A stretch of 64,000 nucleotides of DNA from Fimbriimonadales bacterium (GCA_051003155.1 JBPCLO010000008.1:1-64000); one strand, 5' to 3'; positions 9,563 to 20,185 are shown, numbered from the stretch's first letter. Made by a program: numbers and translations. The notes: generated from the letters alone by a model not told the origin.

Positions 9563-10596
9563 AAACAGGTTTGATAATGTGGTTGGTTTTTCTGGCGACA
9601 CAGTGTGTGCTCGCTCAGGACGATGTTCAAATGTCGGACGCAAGGAGGGCGCAGACCATCGACGCAGCATTGAAACAGCTCACCACCGGCTATGTTTCCC
9701 CAGCAATTGCGATCAAGATGGAGGCGACCATTCGCGCAAGGCAGAAGAAGGGCGAGTACGACCGAATTACTAGCGGAAACGAGTTCGCCAAGCTGCTGAC
9801 CCAGCACTTGCAGGAGACCAGCAAGGACAAGCATTTGAGGGTTCGCTGCGAACCGAAGGGATTCCCGGCGGAGTCGGGCGGTCTGAGAGATTTGGCGAGA
9901 AGGAAGGAGACCGAACAGTTCGAGCGGCTCGTAAACCACGGCTTCGAGAAGGTTGAACGCCTCCAAGGAAATATCGGTTACATGAAGTTCAACGGATTTA
10001 TGGATCCCGCTACCGGTGGTGACACCGTTACCGCAGCGATGTGTTTTCTCTCCAACACCGACGCGATGATAATCGATATTCGGGACAATGGTGGAGGCAG
10101 TCCGGAGATGGTCGCATTAATTTGCACCTACTTTTTCGAGGATAGGCGGCATTTGAACGACCTGTATTCTCGACCGGAAAATAAAACGGAGCAGTATTGG
10201 ACTCTGCCGTACGTGCCGGGAAAGAAATATATTGGCAAGGATGTCTATATTCTCACCAGCAACCGGACTTTTTCGGCAGCCGAAGAATTTACCTACAATA
10301 TGAAAACCCAGAAGCGCGCAACGATCATTGGTGAAACCACGCGCGGTGGCGCTAATCCCGGTGGGTTCGAAAGGCTGAATGAGAATTTCGGAATGTTCCT
10401 CCCCACGGGCCGCGCGATCAATCCGATCACCAAGACCAATTGGGAAGGAACGGGAGTGGCTCCTGACATCGCGGCCACGACGGATGCTGCCCTTAAGACA
10501 GCCCACCTCCACGCCTCGAAGAAGTTGCTGGCCAAAGCTAAAAATCCCATGCAGATAGACAGCCTCAAGGACAACATTTTGAGGCTCGAGAAGTAG
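9559..10596 (+). CDS. S41-family peptidase (secreted, IRBP-like)
   Basis: DIRDNGGG, TFSAAEEF, IGETTRGGA and WEGTGVAPD motifs; signal peptide. Confidence 0.9.
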   Translation: MKTGLIMWLVFLATQCVLAQDDVQMSDARRAQTIDAALKQLTTGYVSPAIAIKMEATIRARQKKGEYDRITSGNEFAKLLTQHLQETSKDKHLRVRCEPKGFPAESGGLRDLARRKETEQFERLVNHGFEKVERLQGNIGYMKFNGFMDPATGGDTVTAAMCFLSNTDAMIIDIRDNGGGSPEMVALICTYFFEDRRHLNDLYSRPENKTEQYWTLPYVPGKKYIGKDVYILTSNRTFSAAEEFTYNMKTQKRATIIGETTRGGANPGGFERLNENFGMFLPTGRAINPITKTNWEGTGVAPDIAATTDAALKTAHLHASKKLLAKAKNPMQIDSLKDNILRLEK

Positions 10597-10598
10597 CT

Positions 10599-11288
10599 TC
10601 ATTCCAAGTCGTAAGCGGAATCGTCTTCGGAGAGAGCGCCCAAGCCAGGTTCCGCCGGCGTTTGGTGGAACCTGCGCTGGGCGACCTTGACGTGCGTGTC
10701 CGCATAAGCCACACAGCTGTTGTCGAGGTGCCTGAAGTGAACTTTGCCTGCGACGAAGTACGGGTCGCTGGGTGCCCTAAGATAGTTGCTACCCGCAATC
10801 GGATTGCCGAAGCCTGCATCAGCGAAGAGCGCTGTCGCCTGTGGCTCCGCAATTTGCGACAATAGTGCAGGAGTATTGGGCGAATCGGCGCCGATATAGG
10901 TGGTGTTGTAGGCATAACCCGTAAATGGCCTGCCGTAACCGTCTCCGTTGAAGGAGGGACACGCGTTGATCTGGCGCGACTGGGTGAACGGCCCCAAGAG
11001 CCCGAGTTCAGCTTTCGGAGGCGAGCCGGAGGCCCAATCGATGGTGAAGTCCCAGCCATATTCGACACTAAAATCTGGCGCGAAATAGTATGCGGGGCAA
11101 GCCCGATCGTCGTCGCCCGCAGCGTAAATCGTCCATGCCAACGAAATTTGGCGAATGTTGCTGAGACATGTGGTCTTCTTGGCAGCTTCCTTTGCCCGGG
11201 CAAAAAGAGGAAATAGAATCGCGGCCAGGATCGCAATGATCGCGATGACGACGAGAAGTTCGACGAGGGTAAATGCTAGTTTTTTCAT
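10599..11288 (-). CDS. Prepilin-type N-terminal cleavage/methylation protein with an H-X9-DG-like C-terminal motif (DUF1559-like)
   Basis: [27 protein letters not shown]...[10 protein letters not shown]-terminal [17 protein letters not shown]. Confidence 0.9.
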   Translation of the reverse strand: MKKLAFTLVELLVVIAIIAILAAILFPLFARAKEAAKKTTCLSNIRQISLAWTIYAAGDDDRACPAYYFAPDFSVEYGWDFTIDWASGSPPKAELGLLGPFTQSRQINACPSFNGDGYGRPFTGYAYNTTYIGADSPNTPALLSQIAEPQATALFADAGFGNPIAGSNYLRAPSDPYFVAGKVHFRHLDNSCVAYADTHVKVAQRRFHQTPAEPGLGALSEDDSAYDLE

Positions 11289-11374
11289 CTTTCCAGGTCG
11301 AGCCAAGTGGAAAGATGCGGCGGAGCCGGTTACCTTCCGCTCATGCTCGTGAGCGCGTATCGGACAGCGTTCGG

Positions 11375-11462
11375 ATCGCGCATTCGGACTCTCACCGTTG
11401 CGGCACAGCGCCGGAATTTCACCGGCCTTTCCCCGAGATACTCTGGCCGCGAGGACCAAAGC
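11375..11462 (-). promoter_or_regulatory. Cobalamin (B12) riboswitch, short form
   Basis: Minus strand GGGGAAAGGCCGGTGAAATTCCGGCGCTGTGCCGCAACGGTGAGAGTCCGAA matches the B12-element core (GGGAA-CCGGTGnAAnTCCGG-CTG-CCGCAAC-GT...GAGYCnGA). A downstream 10-bp hairpin covers the start codon. Confidence 0.8.
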
Positions 11463-11503
11463 TCCGTACTCGAAGAATATACCACGGAGGTAGATTCGCA
11501 CAG

Positions 11504-12562
11504 ATGCGATTTTCGCGTTTGGCTCCGTATATCGTCCCGCTGCTTTTCGCCGGAGCGACCGTAGCGTTTCTGCAAGCGAAATGCAACGGCCCGTCGCCGC
11601 CCCCCGCTAAGCAAGGGCACCTGCGCATCGCTACCTACAACGTCGAATGGATGAACGAAGGCATCTCTAAAGAACGCGAGGCTAACCTGCGGTCAGTCAT
11701 CGCCAACGTGAATCCGGACATATTGGCCATGCAGGAGATTCAGAGCCGCAAGGCGCTCGGGCGTCTCTTCGGACCGGATTGGAAGCTCGCTATTGCCGAC
11801 GATCTTGAGGAGGACCAAGAACTCGCACTCGCGGTGCGCAAGCCGTTTGAGATCATAAGTTACGAGGTGCTGTTCAAGAGTCGGAACCAAGATTTTGCGT
11901 TTCCCGGGCGGCGGAATGCGCTCAGAGTCGCGGTGCGGACGCCGGCCGGCGAAAGGCTGCACTTTTATGTCATTCACCTCAAGAGTCGCGGCGGGCCGGG
12001 TGGCAGAAAGGGAACGGACAAGCAAAGGATAGAGGCGGCGCAGATGCTACTTAAAGAATTCGACCGACGCAAGGCGCAGAACCTGGTCGTTCTGGGAGAC
12101 TTCAACGATACGCCGGATGATGCAAGCCTAAACATCCTCGAATCCGCCAATCCGCGAGCAGTCGGTAAGATGACCGATTCGACAGGCCCATTCCTTCACA
12201 ACTTGATGCAGCCGCTCCACGCTCGCGACTACATAACTCAGGGCGCGCCGAACCGGCACCGCGCGTTCCCCGAGGAGCCGATAATCAAGGGCGCTCGAAG
12301 GGACAACGACAAGTGGCGAGGCAAGTATTATAGTTTCCCGAATGATCTGGCCGTTGTGGAAGCCCTGTTCGACCAGATTCTCGTAAGTTCGAACATGGCC
12401 CGGCGCCGTGCCGGAACCGCACGTATTTACGCAGGTGAAGACGCCCGGCGCGGCATGCGCTCGGAAGCGTCTCTGAACGTTTCAGGCACGACGTCCTACG
12501 ACCATCAGGGATCTCGTGCTTCGGACCACCTGCCGGTCTATGCAGATTTTAAGGTTCGTTGA
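11504..12562 (+). CDS. Endonuclease/exonuclease/phosphatase-family protein (exported)
   Basis: IATYNVE, MQEI, HLKS, GDFND, FDQIL and SDHLPV motifs. Confidence 0.9.
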   Translation: MRFSRLAPYIVPLLFAGATVAFLQAKCNGPSPPPAKQGHLRIATYNVEWMNEGISKEREANLRSVIANVNPDILAMQEIQSRKALGRLFGPDWKLAIADDLEEDQELALAVRKPFEIISYEVLFKSRNQDFAFPGRRNALRVAVRTPAGERLHFYVIHLKSRGGPGGRKGTDKQRIEAAQMLLKEFDRRKAQNLVVLGDFNDTPDDASLNILESANPRAVGKMTDSTGPFLHNLMQPLHARDYITQGAPNRHRAFPEEPIIKGARRDNDKWRGKYYSFPNDLAVVEALFDQILVSSNMARRRAGTARIYAGEDARRGMRSEASLNVSGTTSYDHQGSRASDHLPVYADFKVR

Positions 12563-12977
12563 CCCGTACCCTGTCCAAATAGAAATTGAGGAGGTGGGCC
12601 AGCACAACGAACACGCCGCCGAGCGCCACAAAAGGGATCGAAGCCCAGTGCGGAACGTCCCCTGCTTGAGCCGTAAACGGTCTCCCACAGGTGACTACCC
12701 AGTTGCCCAGAATAATCAGTAGCATGCCCAAGCCGAAAGATATCGCCGGCCACCTGAAGCCGTGCCGGCGATATCCGTGGGCGAGGGCGAAACTCCCGAC
12801 CGCCACGGCCGCGAGCGTTAGGATGACCTCGATCCAAGTGTTATGGATGAAGGTCGAAGCGAAGGGGAGAAGGATGGGCAGCAGTAGACAATGGAGGGCG
12901 CAAATTACCGAGATAGCACCGCCGGCGACGTCCATCGCAACGGATCTTTCGCATCGCTCGGTCATTCGCACGCCCAT
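12549..12977 (-). CDS. MerC-domain membrane protein
   Basis: ISVICALHCLLLP, GYRRH and AHLLN motifs; about 4 TM helices. Confidence 0.8.
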   Translation of the reverse strand: MGVRMTERCERSVAMDVAGGAISVICALHCLLLPILLPFASTFIHNTWIEVILTLAAVAVGSFALAHGYRRHGFRWPAISFGLGMLLIILGNWVVTCGRPFTAQAGDVPHWASIPFVALGGVFVVLAHLLNFYLDRVRVNEP

Positions 12978-12984
12978 TTCGACT

Positions 12985-13004
12985 ATTATAGCAATAATAT
13001 TGCA
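12985..13004 (-). promoter_or_regulatory. Extended -10 (TGcTATAAT) overlapped by a Fur/Zur-like palindrome
   Basis: GCAATA-A-TATTGC perfect inverted repeat at 12991-13003, immediately upstream of the MerC-like gene. Confidence 0.55.
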
Positions 13005-14186
13005 TCAGGTGTAAAAGGCGACTGCTTCCAGGACTTTTCGAGCCACGTTGAACTTGCTATCCTTCTTGATTCGGATAGGTTCGCCTTCCCTGAGGAGAAG
13101 TGTCACCTCGTTCTCCGCCGAGTCGAAGCCTATATCATCTCGAGACACGTCGTTCAAGGCGATCGCCACGAGCCCTTTTGCTTCGGTCTTTTTGCGCGCG
13201 ATATCGATGTTCCCGGAGGTCTCTGCTGCAAATCCGACGATGGGCAGCTCGGGGTATTTCATGTTGGCTTCGGCAAGGATGTCCGGATTCTTCACAAGCT
13301 CGAGGCTGAAAGGCTTGCCGCTCTTGAGCTTTTCGAGTGCCTGTGTCGCTGGTCGATAGTCCGCTACGGCAGCCGCGCCGATTAGCATATCGGCTCCCGA
13401 GCAGGACTCCAGCGTCGCATCGAGCATTTCTGCTGCCGTCGTGACCGTTACGGTGGCGGCCGAGGGAGGAGCTGTCAGCGAGGTCGGACCCAGGATGAGT
13501 GTCACCTGCGCCCGCATTTGGATAGCCGCACGAGCCAAAGCGATCCCCATCTTCCCGCTGGAGCGATTCGCGATGAACCGCACAGGGTCGATAAGCTCGT
13601 GCGTTGGGCCTGCTGTAATGACAATTCTCCTGCCTTTGTAGAGGGAAGAGAGAAAGAGAGCTTCGTGCGCATGGCGAACGATTTCCGCGACACTTGCCAA
13701 CTTGCCCTCGCCTTGCTCGCCGCACGCTAAATCCCCTTTTTGCGGCTCGACCACGAGGATCCCGCGCGCCTTGAGTACGGCAGTGTTCTCGACGTTCACC
13801 TCCGATGCGAACATTTCCGGGTTCATCGCGGGCGCCACCACGATCGGCGCTCGGGTCGCGGACACGATCGTCGTGAGCATATCGTCGGCGTTGCCGTGCG
13901 CGAGATTCGCCAGCGAATTAGCCGTCGCTGGGCAAATTAGAACCAGCGACGCCTCCCTTGCCCAGTCGATGTGAGCCATGCGGCCTCGCTTGGGTTCATC
14001 GAAGACGTCTGTAAGGCATTCATTACTGGTGAGAGTTTCGAAAAGCATCGGTGTCACAAATTCTCTGGCAGACCGCGTGAGGCAGACCTTGACGTCGGCG
14101 CCGGCTCGCATCAAGTCGCGCGCCAGATCTGCGGCCCGATAGGCGGCGATACTCCCCGTGACACCGAGCACGACGACCGGCCTCAT
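13005..14186 (-). CDS. coaBC: Phosphopantothenoylcysteine decarboxylase/ligase
   Basis: GVTGSIAAY, PAMN, LACGEQG, IDPVRFIANRSSGKMG and GFAAET motifs. Confidence 0.97.
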   Translation of the reverse strand: MRPVVVLGVTGSIAAYRAADLARDLMRAGADVKVCLTRSAREFVTPMLFETLTSNECLTDVFDEPKRGRMAHIDWAREASLVLICPATANSLANLAHGNADDMLTTIVSATRAPIVVAPAMNPEMFASEVNVENTAVLKARGILVVEPQKGDLACGEQGEGKLASVAEIVRHAHEALFLSSLYKGRRIVITAGPTHELIDPVRFIANRSSGKMGIALARAAIQMRAQVTLILGPTSLTAPPSAATVTVTTAAEMLDATLESCSGADMLIGAAAVADYRPATQALEKLKSGKPFSLELVKNPDILAEANMKYPELPIVGFAAETSGNIDIARKKTEAKGLVAIALNDVSRDDIGFDSAENEVTLLLREGEPIRIKKDSKFNVARKVLEAVAFYT

Positions 14187-14728
14187 TTTATAATGGCCTC
14201 GATCTCGTCCACCACACGACCTACATTGTCGTTAATCACAATCTGGGAATAGCACCGGGCCCTCTCGATTTCATCGACCGCGTTCTGCATGCGCAAGTCG
14301 AACTCTTCCCGTGTTTCAGTGCCGCGCAACTTCATTCGTGCACTAAGCTCGTCGACCGATGGAGGCATGATGAAAATGCTGATCGCCTCCGGAAATTTTT
14401 CCATGGCTGTTAGCGCACCCTGAACATCGATCTTTAATACGGCAATAAATCCGTCTTCCACCATGCGGAATAGATCATCCTTCGGCGAAGCGTAACGCCT
14501 TCCATGTACTTCCTTGTGCTCGAGAAAGTAGCCTGAAGTAACCATAGCCATAAATTCATTCTCTGCCACAAAATGATAGTCGATTCCATCTATTTCATCC
14601 TTTCTCGGTTTTCGCGTTGTATAAGTGATGACCCTTCGAACCTTGTCGTTCTTGCGCATCCAGGCTGCAATAATCGTGTCCTTACCGGAACCACTCGGCC
14701 CGGATAGGATGATAATTTTACCCGGCAC
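14183..14728 (-). CDS. gmk: Guanylate kinase
   Basis: SGPSGSGK, TTRKPR, DGIDYHF and IDVQGA motifs. Confidence 0.97.
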   Translation of the reverse strand: MPGKIIILSGPSGSGKDTIIAAWMRKNDKVRRVITYTTRKPRKDEIDGIDYHFVAENEFMAMVTSGYFLEHKEVHGRRYASPKDDLFRMVEDGFIAVLKIDVQGALTAMEKFPEAISIFIMPPSVDELSARMKLRGTETREEFDLRMQNAVDEIERARCYSQIVINDNVGRVVDEIEAIIK

Positions 14729-16032
14729 TATTTCACGAGCCTTTCGATGCTTTCCGCGATTCGCATCGGATCGTGACGCACGACGTCCGTTTCCGAAATC
14801 AAGTTGGCAGAGATGGGCTTGAGCCCCATAGCGCGAATTCTATCGGGATCGGGAGCGACGAATTCCTGCCCGGATTCCGAATACCTTTCGGAAAGGAACT
14901 GACTCGGCATCGCCTTATTAATTAATACGTAATCGAAAACACGACGACCCACATTAGATTCGATTGCACGCACATGATCGCTCGCCGCAAAACGGTCGCT
15001 TTCGCCAGTCTGCGTCATTACGTTGCAAACGTAAACTTTCACCGCCGGTGACTCGTTAAGGGCCGCTGCCACGCCCGGCACGAGGAGGGGTGGAATGACG
15101 CTCGTGTAGATCGAGCCGGGCCCGATGACGATGATGTCGGCTCCGCGAATCGCATCCAAAGCCTTCGCAACGGGAGCGATATCAGGCGGCTCCAGGTAGA
15201 TGCGCCGGATGCGCTGGTGAGAATTCACGATCTTGGTTTCACCGTAGATTTCGGTTCCGTCCTCCATCTCCGCCTTCAAGCAAACGGGGTCGAGCGTCGC
15301 CGGAATCACCCGCCCGCGAATCGCCAAAACCCTCCCCACTTCGCGGACGGCCTTGTCGAAGTCTCCCGTCAAGTCGACAAGCGCGGCGATAAGCAAGTTG
15401 CCCGTGCTGTGGCCGCTCAAGGAACCCGAAGCGCCCTCGAAGCGGTGCTGAAAAAGATCGGTCATCGACTTTTCCGCGTCTGCGAGCGCGACGAGGCAGT
15501 TTCTTATATCGCCCGGAGGCAAAATCTTCTTGTCCGCCACCAAACGTCCGCTCGATCCCCCGTCGTCCGTAACCGTAACGACGGCCGTGATTCTGCTCGT
15601 CTTCTCTTTGAGCCCCCGCAGCAAGGTAGATAGCCCGGTGCCACCGCCGATCGCGACGATGTTCGGCCCCGCCGCGAGCGCCTGCTGCTTCCAAAAGTTC
15701 CCGGCGATTTTCCCTTCCTGGCCCGGGTTCAGAATCCTCATCACTTCGCGCAGAACGTTCCTGATCGCCCGGTAAACGAGGTAGCCGCCCAGGATGAGCA
15801 GCGCTCCGCCGGCATAGTGCCTACCCACCGGCAGATCGGCAGTGCTGAGAAACGAGCTAAGCAGCTGGGTGAAAGCGTTGTCGAACGCCGTGATGACCGG
15901 GAGCAGCAGTAGCCTGTAGCTGAGGGCGAGCCCGGCAAAGAACAAGATGATCCCGAGTATGCCCACCAAGGCGGCCCGCCTAAGGAGGACCGCCGAGTTC
16001 ACCAGCCGCCAAATCTTACGCGGCCGGTTCAT
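14728..16032 (-). CDS. yvcK: YvcK/CofD-like UDP-GlcNAc-binding protein with N-terminal TM helices
   Basis: IGGGTGL, DDGGSSG, PPGDIRNC and GPGSIYTS motifs. Confidence 0.9.
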   Translation of the reverse strand: MNRPRKIWRLVNSAVLLRRAALVGILGIILFFAGLALSYRLLLLPVITAFDNAFTQLLSSFLSTADLPVGRHYAGGALLILGGYLVYRAIRNVLREVMRILNPGQEGKIAGNFWKQQALAAGPNIVAIGGGTGLSTLLRGLKEKTSRITAVVTVTDDGGSSGRLVADKKILPPGDIRNCLVALADAEKSMTDLFQHRFEGASGSLSGHSTGNLLIAALVDLTGDFDKAVREVGRVLAIRGRVIPATLDPVCLKAEMEDGTEIYGETKIVNSHQRIRRIYLEPPDIAPVAKALDAIRGADIIVIGPGSIYTSVIPPLLVPGVAAALNESPAVKVYVCNVMTQTGESDRFAASDHVRAIESNVGRRVFDYVLINKAMPSQFLSERYSESGQEFVAPDPDRIRAMGLKPISANLISETDVVRHDPMRIAESIERLVK

Positions 16033-16405
16033 CCTTACCCGCAAACCGGCGCATGAGGCCGAGCACGATACCCATCAGTAGGCTTCCTACGACTGCAGCC
16101 CAAAAATCACCCACGTAAAATCCCATCGTCGGGTTCTCCCGGGTGCCGAACTGCCCTACCCAATAGAATAGCGCACCGTTGATCAGGAGCCACACCAGAC
16201 CGAATGTAATGCAATTCAAAGTAGCCGTGAGCAGCTTCGCGATCGACCCGAGCGTCGTATTCACGAGCCCCAGAACGATAACTCCTAGCACAACCCTCCA
16301 CGGTATGTCGACATCGAGGACGATATCCGAGCCCAGCGACGTGGCGATGAGGATCGACACGATGAGGCTGATGGCGCTGATCACCCAGTAGATTAGTAGG
16401 CGCAT
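16016..16405 (-). CDS. YvlD/DUF360 'phage holin family' 4-TM membrane protein
   Basis: LGLVN...TFGLVWLLING pattern; RBS aggag; usual neighbour of yvcK. Confidence 0.8.
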   Translation of the reverse strand: MRLLIYWVISAISLIVSILIATSLGSDIVLDVDIPWRVVLGVIVLGLVNTTLGSIAKLLTATLNCITFGLVWLLINGALFYWVGQFGTRENPTMGFYVGDFWAAVVGSLLMGIVLGLMRRFAGKDEPAA

Positions 16406-16455
16406 TTGGATCTCCTTAGAGCGATTGTAACCCGGAGGTCGGGTAATACTCCAAC

Positions 16456-19032
16456 GTGCGCGCACACACGCCGATGCTGCGGCAATATTTCGCAACCAAA
16501 GAACGGTACCCGGGGACCCTCTTGGCGATGCGTGTAGGCGATTTTTACGAGTTCTACGGGGAGGACGCCGAGATCGCTGCGCGAACCTTGCAAATCACGC
16601 TCACGGGGCGCGAGGATGGGCCGAACGGTCGCATACCCATGGCGGGCGTTCCCTTTCACTCGGTGGAGAAATACCTCGCCGCCCTCATCCAGCAAGGCTT
16701 CAAGATCGCGATTTGCGACCAGGTCGAAGACCCGAAACTTGCGAAGGGTCTCGTCAGGCGGGAGGTCACGCGCGTCATGACGCCCGGCACCGTTGTTGAG
16801 GACGGAATGCTCGAACAGGGAAGCAACAACTTCCTTGCATCCGCCGCCCCGGTGGAAGACGGAGCGGGCATTAGCTTCCTCGACCTGTCGACCGGCGAGT
16901 TCTTGGTCACCCAGCTAACCGGTGACGATGCCCACGAGCGCACGCTTCAAGAGATTGCACGCCTTAGCCCCGCGGAATGCCTTCTGCCCGACGAGGCAAC
17001 CGAGTTGTATGGTCTATTGGAAAAGCTCGCGAAGACCATGGTGACCCGCATGGAGTTCGCGAAGCCCAGCGAGGCCAAGGCTCGGCTTCAGCGGCAGTTC
17101 GGCACCTCCTCGCTCGATCCATTCGGCCTTGAAGACATGGATGCGGGTTCCACGGCTGCCGGCGCCATCCTCAAATACCTTGACCAAAACGAGATTGAAT
17201 CCTCCCATATCGACCACGTCGTCACGTATTCACTCGACAGCAGGATGCGTCTCGACGGGCCAACCGCCAGAAGCCTCGAACTCACCGCGAACATCACCGA
17301 CGGCGGCAAGCGCATGACGCTGTTGCAAACGCTCGACTACACCAAGACCGGAATGGGCTCGCGGGCGCTCAAGCGCTGGATCGAAGAGCCGCTTCTGAAG
17401 GAGGAGGCCATTGCAAAGAGGCTCGACGGCGTCGAGGTGTTCTATGCGAACGGCCTTGCAAGAGACGAAGTGCGTGGAGTGCTTCACCGGCTTTACGACA
17501 TCCAGCGGCTGGTGTCTCGTTGCGCGACAGGGGTGGCCAACGCCAGGGATCTAGTCGCGGTCAAGCACTCGGTTGCTCTCTTGCCTGGCCTCATCGACGC
17601 GACTCACCGAGTGAGCCACGGGCGGGTGGCCGAAATGAGGCGCGAGATCGACCCGTGCGAAGATGTACTGGAATATCTGACCCGGGCCATTGCCGACGAC
17701 CCGCCGATTTCCCTTCGCGAGGGGGGAGTCATCAGGGCCGGCTACGACGAAGCGCTCGACGAACTGCGGAAGCTTTCTCAAGAAGGCAAAACGTACATCG
17801 CCGGCCTGGAGCAAAAGGAGCGCGAGGCAACGGGAATCGACAAGCTCAAGGTCGGCTACAACTCGGTCTTCGGCTATTACCTCGAAGCGCCCACCTCAGT
17901 TTCCGACAAGATTCCGCCCTCCTATGTACGCAAGCAAACGACCGCGAACACGGAACGATACATCACCGCCGAGCTAAAAGAATACGAGTCGAAGGTGCTC
18001 GGCTCCGAGGAAAAAGCGTTCGACCTCGAGTACAAGCTGTTCGCGTCGTTGCGCGAAAGGGTCACGCTTGCGTCGGCAAGGCTGCTCAAGACCGCAAGAG
18101 CCATAGCCGAGATCGATGCGATCCAGTCGCTTGCCGAAGCCGCTGCCATGCGCGGATATACGAGGCCAGCGTTTATCGCTGACAAGGATGGCGCCTCGAT
18201 ATCGATTCTGGGCGGGAGGCATCCCGTTGTCGAGGCGCACGCCGGCTTCGGCTCGTTCGTCCCAAACGACACGATCCTAGTCGGAGACAGCTCGCTAGTC
18301 ATCCTAACCGGCCCGAACATGAGCGGCAAATCGACCTACCTCAGGCAAACCGCGCTCATCGTTCTGATGGCGCAGATCGGGAGCTTTGTCCCCGCCGCCA
18401 ACGCCGAGCTTTCGATCGTCGACCGCGTGTTCGCACGGATCGGCGCAAGGGACGAGATCGCCACCGGGCAGAGCACATTCATGGTCGAGATGACCGAGGC
18501 CGCGAACATCCTCCACCATGCGACCGACCGCAGCCTCGTCATTCTCGACGAAATCGGGCGCGGGACCAGCACCTACGACGGCCTCGCGATCGCCTGGGCA
18601 ATCGCCGAGCACCTCGCGGGGATCGGCGCGAAGACCCTGTTCGCGACGCACTACCACCAGTTGAACGCGCTCGCGGAAATGCTCCCCGCGGTGCGCAATT
18701 TTCGCGTCGCCGTCCGCGAGGAGGGCGACCAGGTGATCTGGGTTCACAAGGTTCTGGAAGGCGGCACGGATCGCAGCTACGGAATCCAGGTGGCGCGAAT
18801 GTCCGGCGTTCCCCGAACGGTGCTAAGCCGCGCAGCCGAGGTCCTCGCCGACCTCGAAGGCAGGGAGGCAGTCCCCAGCGGCCGGGTTAAGCCCGGCGCG
18901 CTGCAGCTGACGCTCTTCGAAGCCCAAGAGCCCGAAATCATCAAACGCCTCCGCGACCTCGATACCACCACGCTCACCCCTATCGAGGCCCTGCTCCTTC
19001 TCGATAACTTGAAGAAAGAAACGGCCAAGTAG
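16456..19032 (+). CDS. mutS: DNA mismatch repair protein MutS
   Basis: TPMLRQY, GDFYEF, TGPNMSGKS, STFMVEM and DEIGRGT motifs. Confidence 0.98.
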   Translation: MRAHTPMLRQYFATKERYPGTLLAMRVGDFYEFYGEDAEIAARTLQITLTGREDGPNGRIPMAGVPFHSVEKYLAALIQQGFKIAICDQVEDPKLAKGLVRREVTRVMTPGTVVEDGMLEQGSNNFLASAAPVEDGAGISFLDLSTGEFLVTQLTGDDAHERTLQEIARLSPAECLLPDEATELYGLLEKLAKTMVTRMEFAKPSEAKARLQRQFGTSSLDPFGLEDMDAGSTAAGAILKYLDQNEIESSHIDHVVTYSLDSRMRLDGPTARSLELTANITDGGKRMTLLQTLDYTKTGMGSRALKRWIEEPLLKEEAIAKRLDGVEVFYANGLARDEVRGVLHRLYDIQRLVSRCATGVANARDLVAVKHSVALLPGLIDATHRVSHGRVAEMRREIDPCEDVLEYLTRAIADDPPISLREGGVIRAGYDEALDELRKLSQEGKTYIAGLEQKEREATGIDKLKVGYNSVFGYYLEAPTSVSDKIPPSYVRKQTTANTERYITAELKEYESKVLGSEEKAFDLEYKLFASLRERVTLASARLLKTARAIAEIDAIQSLAEAAAMRGYTRPAFIADKDGASISILGGRHPVVEAHAGFGSFVPNDTILVGDSSLVILTGPNMSGKSTYLRQTALIVLMAQIGSFVPAANAELSIVDRVFARIGARDEIATGQSTFMVEMTEAANILHHATDRSLVILDEIGRGTSTYDGLAIAWAIAEHLAGIGAKTLFATHYHQLNALAEMLPAVRNFRVAVREEGDQVIWVHKVLEGGTDRSYGIQVARMSGVPRTVLSRAAEVLADLEGREAVPSGRVKPGALQLTLFEAQEPEIIKRLRDLDTTTLTPIEALLLLDNLKKETAK

Positions 19033-19166
19033 CAGAGGACGAAGCTGTTGCTGGACCCCGCACGCCACTACAGGAACCCGGACGCACTATACGGAAGCCT
19101 TCACGCGATCTACAGGAGCACGCACGCCATCTGCGGGCCAAGCGCTTCATTTCTTTGGATTTGAGC

Positions 19167-20010
19167 CTATTTCCTCCGTCGGCGGAGCAGCATGCAAACG
19201 CCCGCCGCAAGCACCACCCAGGGCGCGGGCTCGGGAACGATCTCCAGCTGGTAGCCCTTCCAAAGCCCGCCCGGCTCATCGACAACCAAAACCATACCGT
19301 CCGTGAAGCTGAAGTGTGAGTCGAACGCTATGCCTGCGGTGAGCAACTCCGTCGTACCGATACGTGTTCCGGCGGCGTCCCAGGCGGAAAGGTGGCCCTC
19401 GGAATAGGTCATCCAGGGGAATTCGAAACCCCGAGGATAGAAGGCAGTCCCGCGGTTTTGCGGATAGTTGCTCTCGTTGAACATGCCGCCGAGGCCGATC
19501 AGGCCCGGTTGGCTATATGACTCCCATCGGCGCCCCAGCGGTCGACGTTCCCGGCGTTCATTGCAATGAATTCGTTGCCGCCTGCGGCGAATGACACACT
19601 GCTTTGAGCATCGAGAGAGCCGCCTGACAGGACGACATCATTCCCAAAAATGCCCGGCGAAGTTTGGACATAGATTTGCGAGTCGTTGAATGCTCGCGCG
19701 TAAACGCCCCCCGGTCTGGATTAGTGAAGACCGACCGGAAGTCGAATCCCGGCGCGTACGTGTCGAGCAGCGGGCCGTCCGATGCGTAGTGCGCAAGCCT
19801 CAGGCCGGTGGCACCACCCCCGGAGGACGACCAGTAGTTCGTGCTATCCCACGCGGGCGTCATCCTTGTCCCCTCTAGCTCCGCGGCGTCTGTGAAGCTT
19901 GCCGTGACCGATTGCGTATCGGGGAATATCCCATCGGCCACTGCCGGTCCCGCGATGGCGGCGCACAGCGCCAACGTCGCGGCGAGGGAATTCAATTTTC
20001 GAAGTTTCAT
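19167..20010 (-). pseudogene. Frameshifted or degraded PEP-CTERM protein gene
   Basis: Signal peptide MKLRKLNSLAATLALCAAIAGPAVA at 20010 lies in one frame; the VPEPAPWVVLAAGVCMLLRRRRK tail at 19167 lies in another; the frame breaks between about 19500 and 19715. Confidence 0.65.
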
Positions 20011-20185
20011 TTCTACTCTCCCTTGCAAGCTGTGCGAACGTCTGCAAATACCAATAGGGCGCGTTGTACCAAGATAGCAACGGGTGCCCTGCGATTTGTC
20101 CGGCACGCTTTCGATCCTCTACCGCGCGCAACCCATCCACAGCACGAACCCGCGGTTCTGCGCCCAACAAGGTAAAACCTGCGCC

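Noticed and set aside
16016..16405. 'Phage holin family' protein as a prophage sign
   Set aside because: YvlD-type housekeeping neighbour of yvcK; no phage genes nearby.
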